The position numbers were made by a program, and so were the translations under genes. Shown piece by piece: positions 59,201 to 64,000 of a stretch of 64,000 nucleotides of DNA. Every line of letters begins with the position of its first letter. Positions within the stretch are counted from its first letter, which is position 1. The notes under the pieces were generated by a model that was given only the letters and a program-made list of their open reading frames with translations, searched no databases and was not told the origin of the DNA. The stretch lies in the IMG/VR virus record IMGVR_UViG_3300030339_000017, one strand, 5' to 3'. The stretch comes from an uncultured virus (IMG/VR IMGVR_UViG_3300030339_000017) (lineage: Duplodnaviria > Heunggongvirae > Uroviricota > Caudoviricetes).

Positions 59201-62200
59201 TTTTCCCTGCCATAGTAGGTAAAACCATATAATCCTTAGACATAGCAGACATCTTCATTACGTAGTCCTCTGCTGGAGATATTCCAAAATAATCTCTACC
59301 TCTGTCTTTAGTCTCGTCTTCGTATAGTTTAACAAACGTCTTTAATGAAATTCCTTTAGACTCTCCAGTTTTAAGTTGATTAAATACTCTAGATCCGTTT
59401 GGAACCAATACTTCAGAACCATTTATCATTCTAGATTCAACCCTGCCTCTATTATAGTCAGATGCAAGTAGTTTATCAGAAATAGAAGGGTCGGTTCCGA
59501 GCTCTCTAACTCTATCAGATATAAAGCTATTTAATGATATTTGATATAATTTAGCTCCATCAGCGCCTAATACAGTAACTTCTTCTGGTGATGGATGCAC
59601 CTTGACATAAGCAGCAGCAAGTGTCTTAGAGAAGCTTTCTCCAAGAAATATGTTCTTTACTGAATTTTCTATGCTAGCTCCGGTATATCTATTCTTTTTA
59701 AATACAGAACCCTCGTTCTTTATAAGAGTACTTAGGACGTTATTAAATAGAATAGACATCTTACCAGACTTAGTACTAAGTAGGTAGTCCTTTAATGTAT
59801 TTATAGACTCCTCTGGGCCATATTTATTATCAGAGAGTAAATATTCTATAGTTTCATTATCTATATTTATTCCAACCTTATTGTATAATCCGGTTATTTC
59901 ATTTATGACTGCAGATCTTCCTGTAGAATTAGTTATATCTATACCATTCTTTTCCCAGTTATTTGGATTTGCAATTCCAGTTCTAAACCTGTCAACTAAT
60001 GATTTTACATATTCTTTATTGAATGTTCTATTTCCGTCTTTATCTGGAGTAAAAATATTATCATCCATTGAGAACATCTGTCCCCATGCGGCAGGAAGAG
60101 TTTTAGTTGCAGTATCTACATCGCTATCCATTACGGTAAATAAAGATGATATTTGATCTGCTGACTGTAATTTCTCTTTATACCCTATATTAATGAACTC
60201 ATGACGCATACTAAACATCGTATTCCAGAACTGAGTCTTAAAATCTTCACTTAGTATAGGCTTACCATTAGAATATGTTTCGTTTAATCTACCAATAAGG
60301 TTTTTATAGAATGCATTGTTTTCTGATAGTCTCTGTATCTTACCCATCATGCCTTCTACAGTGCTCTCATTAGACAAATGACTAATCATAGTATTCCATG
60401 ACTCAGAGAATGGTATAAACTTCTTAAATCCTGTTAGCGGATCAATTACTGGCTTAATAGAATTATTTTCAAGTATAGAGTGAGGCATTGTTGCGATGAA
60501 CATCTTAACGCCAGTACGAATATTATCCTTTTTAGATATTTCATAAGAAGCCTTCATATGCGCAGAAGCTTCATCAGCTATTTGATTTGAGCTACTATCA
60601 GTTTCATTATGTTTATCTATCTCACGTATACCCATGTCGGATAGAGACGAAATCATCTTCGGCTTAAATACAGTATCAAACTTATCATATATCTCGCTAA
60701 ATACTTCTTTCTTTTCTCCTTCTGGAGCGGAATCAGCACTTGCTTTAATAGTTGCCTTTAGCCTATCGAAATTTATATCCTTTACATTCTTGTCTATTCC
60801 ATTTACTCCATTTAATTTAAACAGATAGTACATAAGACCATCTCTTACACTAAATAACTGAGAGTATGTACTTATAGTCTTTAGTCCTAATTCTTTTATT
60901 CCATAATCTGCAGACTCTCCGTATTCGGATTTAAATTCTCTAAGACTATTTTCATTAATTTTATGGCCTTTAAACACCCCTAGGTCTATATCCTTATATA
61001 GTCTATCTAGGCTAGACGGGCTTAAATTGAGTAATTTCTTAGTAAAGTTAACTATACGCCTAAAGAACCTATTTATATAGAACGAATCTTTAGGTTCAGT
61101 TCCTGCCAATTTGTATTTTCTAAATCCTTCCGCAAGATATTCCTCAATTCCTTTGTTGGTGGCATTTTTCATTGAAGGAACCTCTTCTCTTACTTTGTTG
61201 TAAGTTCTAAGTCTTTCAGCCCTAGAAAACATAAGTAGTGATACCCTGTGGAATGCTTCGTGGTACGCAGTTCCTTCTTCTGCCCCTTTCCATAATCTAA
61301 TAGAATCCTGTAACATCATGCCCATTGCTTGCTTGTCATTCGCAGTGGTAAGAATATGGTCTAATACTTCTATTTCATCCTCCTTTAACCCTAATTTATC
61401 AGTAAGCCATTTAGACTCTACAGCAACATTTATAGTCCTATTTATCTTATCTTTAAGCAACGAATTTGCACTAGGCGCTACCTCGTCTGGATCTTCCATG
61501 GGTATACCATCCAGGTCGTCGAATGTTGGAGTATTTTCTATTTTTTCAGATTCCGGATTAATAGGAGTTGAGTCAAGTGATTCGGAAAATGTTTCAACCT
61601 TTTCTGCATATTTAGAATTAAGCTCAGTAAGTTCTGAAGTCGCTTCTCCAAGAGCATTCAATATACTTTCGTTTGGCTGTGTTTCAGCTAAATGAAGCAA
61701 TGCATCTACCTCTTTAGTCTTATTATCTATCTGGGTCTGAATTTCGCCACTAGACACGTCTAATTTGCCATTTTCAGCCTCTCTAACGAACTTTCCCCCA
61801 TTGGTTAATACAAATGGTATAGAATCCTCATTAACCATCTTAAACTCGCCTAAATGCATAAATGGAGGAGTAAAGATATCATCAGTAGCATCTGAAAGTA
61901 TCTTACCATTTTTCATCATCCATGCTGTCCATGTGAGATTCATGTCATCTTTTGTAATAGATAAATCTTTTGCAAAATAGACAGATTTTATATCCCTTGT
62001 CTCATCATTAAATAACTTATTTAAAGAAGGAAATAATTCAGATACTCTAATATCATTATTATTATCATCAACTAAATGCGTTTTATCTAACGTCCAGTGT
62101 AGATTATTTTTTATAAATTCTTTTATTGCAGAAACTCCTTTCTCGGTAGGGACTTCATCAAATAGAATTGAGTTGCCACCGATTACCAATGATGACGAAT

Positions 62201-64000
62201 TTTCATCAATATAGAATTGTTTAGAAAGAAGAAATCCTTTGTCCTTAGCTCTCTCTTCACTTACTATAGTTTTTTGACCAAAGTTAATAAGCTTCTCTAG
62301 CATATATTCTGGAGAAATACCAGTCTCAACTTCTTTGCCACCTTTTATTGGATTTCCATTTTCATCTCCAATAATGCCTTTTACATTATTATCTCTAAAT
62401 CCAGGAAGTAGTTTGTTTACAAAATCTATTACACTTGAGTCTTCTCTACTAAATTGTTTCAAGTTGACATGAACTGGTCTTTCTTTTCCGTCTCCATTAC
62501 CATCTACCATTAAGTAGACATTACCGGTATTAGATTCCATAGTCTCTCTACCGATCCTAGTACCATAAGCATCCATAAGTTCATTGAACCCATCAACACC
62601 CATTCCTATTCTCAACCTAGTAGACTTAGACGACACTAAAGACCAATCTGTTTTTCCATCAATTTTCTGTATTCCAAAACCAGGTATCTCATCTATATTT
62701 CTTTGCTTATGTATAGAATATGTACTACCATCTTCATTTGTTCTTATTTCCTCTTCTTTTATAGTTGCGTTTATTCCATTTACTAAAGTAATAGAAGTAG
62801 CAACCAATTTTCTAGGAGTATCAGACATTCTATTTACTGGAAGTATATATAAATCAATTATATTCCTTCTAAGCGTGTTTAATTCTTCAATATCCGATGA
62901 TGTGGGACTAGATTCACCAACTCTGACTGGAGCTAATGGATCTCTGACTAGTGCTAAATACTCCCCTTCATGAGGACCTCCAGCCTTAGTTATTTTTACA
63001 AATATCTTAGCTAATGGGTATGTAGTATCGTGACCAGGAGTAAATATATTATTATCATCTCCACCCACATGTATTTCAAAAGTGCAACCAGATAACGCAT
63101 CTTTAGAATTAAGCATATCGCCTAATTGCTTAGCACTTCTGAATCCTTTCTTGTCTTTTGATAGGCTTTTAAATGATTTTGCAGCAGAATCTGAAAATTC
63201 GCCAAAGAACAGCCTACTGGCTCTAAATGCGCTTTTACTTGGATCTGCTTGATCTATTTGCACTTTTACTGACTCTTCTTTAGTTGCTTCAGATGAAGAA
63301 TTGGATCCGGCTATTGTGATATCCTGAATATCATCTGGATGAGCTAATTTTAGGTTGTTCATCGCATTTTCGGCATCTACAGCATCCTTTTCATTTATAT
63401 CAGGAATATATTCATCACTAATTAATGGAATATCTGAAGAATCTTCAGTTGAAACCGACTCAATAGAAGGAGTTATTGGAGTATTTTCATTCTCAAATGC
63501 AGACTCTCTCTCATTAGGCTCTCCAAGTGGTATATCTGGAACTGATTTTGGCTTAGTTTCATCTACAGGAGGGATAGTATTTTTTAAATTATCTATGCTA
63601 GAATCTTCTGTAGGGACTGAATCTTGTTTAATTGGCTCAGTTGGCTTAACTTGTTCTTCTGGAACTATAGGTTCTGAAGTTTTATTTCCAAGTATATATT
63701 CTGATTGAACAGTCTGTACTTTTGTTCCAGGAGATGATACTGCAAATGTAGATGCAATATCATGATTATCTTTAAATGAGTTTAATGATTCCTCCTTTTG
63801 ATTGGCGACTGTGCTATCGGCTGATTCAGCAGCTCTAGAATCTCTATAATCATCTAACTTCTCTGATACAAATTTATCATGAGCATCAGAACTCATTCTT
63901 ATATACGAGGAGCTACCATCCTTTTTGTACTTTAAATCGTACCCAAGGAATTTGCCTTGCATCAGTGTATCATATAAAGTACCAGCCTTAGCTGCAATAT
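53253..64000 (-). CDS. Virion RNA polymerase polyprotein (start lies beyond the window)
   Basis: YRVPTQG...TGSDFDIDKLF catalytic motif of crAss-like RNAP; HEAFH zincin motif; frame open from 63962 to 64000. Confidence 0.92.
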   Translation of the reverse strand, partial: IAAKAGTLYDTLMQGKFLGYDLKYKKDGSSSYIRMSSDAHDKFVSEKLDDYRDSRAAESADSTVANQKEESLNSFKDNHDIASTFAVSSPGTKVQTVQSEYILGNKTSEPIVPEEQVKPTEPIKQDSVPTEDSSIDNLKNTIPPVDETKPKSVPDIPLGEPNERESAFENENTPITPSIESVSTEDSSDIPLISDEYIPDINEKDAVDAENAMNNLKLAHPDDIQDITIAGSNSSSEATKEESVKVQIDQADPSKSAFRASRLFFGEFSDSAAKSFKSLSKDKKGFRSAKQLGDMLNSKDALSGCTFEIHVGGDDNNIFTPGHDTTYPLAKIFVKITKAGGPHEGEYLALVRDPLAPVRVGESSPTSSDIEELNTLRRNIIDLYILPVNRMSDTPRKLVATSITLVNGINATIKEEEIRTNEDGSTYSIHKQRNIDEIPGFGIQKIDGKTDWSLVSSKSTRLRIGMGVDGFNELMDAYGTRIGRETMESNTGNVYLMVDGNGDGKERPVHVNLKQFSREDSSVIDFVNKLLPGFRDNNVKGIIGDENGNPIKGGKEVETGISPEYMLEKLINFGQKTIVSEERAKDKGFLLSKQFYIDENSSSLVIGGNSILFDEVPTEKGVSAIKEFIKNNLHWTLDKTHLVDDNNNDIRVSELFPSLNKLFNDETRDIKSVYFAKDLSITKDDMNLTWTAWMMKNGKILSDATDDIFTPPFMHLGEFKMVNEDSIPFVLTNGGKFVREAENGKLDVSSGEIQTQIDNKTKEVDALLHLAETQPNESILNALGEATSELTELNSKYAEKVETFSESLDSTPINPESEKIENTPTFDDLDGIPMEDPDEVAPSANSLLKDKINRTINVAVESKWLTDKLGLKEDEIEVLDHILTTANDKQAMGMMLQDSIRLWKGAEEGTAYHEAFHRVSLLMFSRAERLRTYNKVREEVPSMKNATNKGIEEYLAEGFRKYKLAGTEPKDSFYINRFFRRIVNFTKKLLNLSPSSLDRLYKDIDLGVFKGHKINENSLREFKSEYGESADYGIKELGLKTISTYSQLFSVRDGLMYYLFKLNGVNGIDKNVKDINFDRLKATIKASADSAPEGEKKEVFSEIYDKFDTVFKPKMISSLSDMGIREIDKHNETDSSSNQIADEASAHMKASYEISKKDNIRTGVKMFIATMPHSILENNSIKPVIDPLTGFKKFIPFSESWNTMISHLSNESTVEGMMGKIQRLSENNAFYKNLIGRLNETYSNGKPILSEDFKTQFWNTMFSMRHEFINIGYKEKLQSADQISSLFTVMDSDVDTATKTLPAAWGQMFSMDDNIFTPDKDGNRTFNKEYVKSLVDRFRTGIANPNNWEKNGIDITNSTGRSAVINEITGLYNKVGINIDNETIEYLLSDNKYGPEESINTLKDYLLSTKSGKMSILFNNVLSTLIKNEGSVFKKNRYTGASIENSVKNIFLGESFSKTLAAAYVKVHPSPEEVTVLGADGAKLYQISLNSFISDRVRELGTDPSISDKLLASDYNRGRVESRMINGSEVLVPNGSRVFNQLKTGESKGISLKTFVKLYEDETKDRGRDYFGISPAEDYVMKMSAMSKDYMVLPTMAGKKTYMFMNGLKLVHENISYSRDVVDNGDGTHSNIININFGNEAKSQIGEYFIAELNSIKSAWKDYQSANGDESKLLDTYHYKGKNPETGERWAGNHGNGLRFRHFGDVKPSIILDGEEKSWNKGLNSYLDNAVKVDPENGLTKALDLLEKTFVTNKESDSVESASSARDNLMNSALTEGLYKELEYASKIGVIEYDGKNIHTLENKLLDRGEFNKNYREASRSIFKGKYNNYEDQAAVIQMIGEGMVNGIISVNEFEKIISKDPAFYSDPDTKIKRLSSILSTGTNLRTDWPIGHRLHGLEEFTSTELKDNLVESQQFNELKSKFLSNSINENLKSSGKETIYNLEDLIRNEYSTGEKNEESSLELKKLQKLNEGEFAAGLKEVKNSFEGYGKNRINQTDATVIVSPAFYRNIVQMLGEWSPKMQNAFDMLESDDSSWMSDPKKYNEVLSMALKPLKMIYFGDKLNPDFNVNVPKLDKMAMFCLFKTLAGGDLAPLYERMNSVDPTLSKIDMVAFDSAVKVGHENSMSYYSDDKSSINDLSQMQTTSQQYKYLRRQLITDPHESSELNLGTQANKVALSNIDPSRTYSNIDFKDSRGASGKDILDASRRANIALSNKGFASLTHELGISFNKELGVDTADDGKLYNLLSKDADESGMSSDIVEKLARTSADKKRYPLQALLDWKWIESRIMSNVGKRVIDVETPGGMFIQMTPFGLDRSATKLKASDFTQEKFEEKTNGKYLINDGKKLNFLNKDGSMDCVVSINLYKDIIPTELQDFTSQKQWLIDNDIIGEKSGPSSIGYRVPTQGLSSMSSLRIADVLPSNIGDTIVLPDEFTKLTGSDFDIDKLFLARYNYKLDENGKMSKVKFDDNIKGEFGEDVYNLNSKEAVQNRLLDTFHAVLTDPNNIQETRQPLDTVTDELKGSILKDIENLSPSEKDSYAFKYLTPAFQSQKKEEFITSKSGIAPYALNNSNHVLTQQGELEFISRGPIKKFGMQSLHNIVGNDGLRILDWESALINAHVDAEKDPYIVRLNVNPYTHNMVNLLLRTGIGKNTFYFTSQPILKDIADSIRMNSSQYGRPKNVSDSEMQSLLSKLTYAKYKNRAMDAIRVEGDPDGVKKRLMDGLEKYDDAKHKILSNDHVLSLPYLREQLGSDRNSFKYLYNQLLVADTFNELTPFAKSLAELVKYSQVDNKKWNNSITSINLFAKNVESIKSLGNKGVFRNATSYFGSTFLDSKLRNAVDAANTLGRGRFFRTTQSVADFIDRAAGLTSSRNITPEETILKIANSSDTMLKSDFWLNYAKENNTDVKDIFFGQNSVAKQLYRLKQKISNNEDGYGVMENNTLFKNINPEISKIDELNQRPDHIYVTSSIKDDATSTEVKEYWGELLESPLPDVKKFATDFMLYQFFSNGENGAFNQVKASEDVREELGYGDYISKRLSDLSNSPVAFENEEKSMRELFVNNWFDDKIVPQVRTHYKDGDNFVSMPTIPSRQEFAKGLTHDAIFIHENARAVSLDLEDNPIFNPYLKVPYTDRANNSTTILYRQIGIVRNGETVEPVYIAVDKKSEKVSGRSILEYGLDKSIIPSNNLSELGKVDENHTYTNEEFKALTRKLVKEYNSDSKFQAARVPNNSYEPFDTFEPISKDSILNNKAVHNVQPDDTTVVLHDKISEYNELAKKIDNHEDVAETMYEDLYNQGYTEEQVNSAMYKYALTILKDDESSQASKDYAKLITYELEKNGVSKDYFDGVVSESNDNRTPSEDNSLDNIVSDTINNEPELDNMQMSGITPTDTADIKTGDSDVVNSTELQKNETNREYTPDEIESSHLQKVFKQSQKGLSIDDIGEELASFFEDANNEPNKKFYVPRIDSADESYSVEDVRSEIKHINDINSGKSGNYIPDNLILPKEYEFRNETNKENINTDINSNTDVRSSDSDKSRSEFGKLSEDEISSLNDKFIKMGLDKITSDELARMTDEEIENFKNCN

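Noticed and set aside
1..64000. Stop-codon reassignment (TAG/TGA) as in some crAss-like phages
   Set aside because: Terminase, portal and giant genes are intact in code 11; no suppressor tRNA seen; breaks in dnaB and the ATPase are explained by introns

Overview
64 kb of a crAss-like (Crassvirales) phage genome, probably infecting a Bacteroidota host, read in the standard genetic code. Minus strand 1-14.3 kb: late/head module (major capsid protein cut by the window edge, portal, terminase, nucleases, dUTPase-like, GroES-like, RNase H). Plus strand 15-47 kb: early/middle region with many small ORFs, an OmpA protein, an ECF sigma factor, tRNAs, and a replication module (DnaB, Sak4-like ATPase, SSB-like, primase, MoxR-AAA/VWA pair, PD-(D/E)XK nuclease; two group I introns; no DNA polymerase seen). 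Minus strand 47-64 kb: giant virion proteins including the DFDID-type virion RNA polymerase. The most unusual content is RNA: (i) a circularly permuted two-piece tmRNA whose intervening segment is a tRNA-like element; (ii) two ORF-free regions of about 1.5 and 2 kb rich in complementary segments, candidate giant structured ncRNAs; (iii) several smaller closed RNA structures. Two promoter families are also visible: a TCAAsCyvCCG-NN-RTA motif at the start of the early region, and AAC-N16/17-CGTT ECF-type promoters before late genes and inside an intron, matching the phage's own ECF sigma. All calls are by eye, without database searches.
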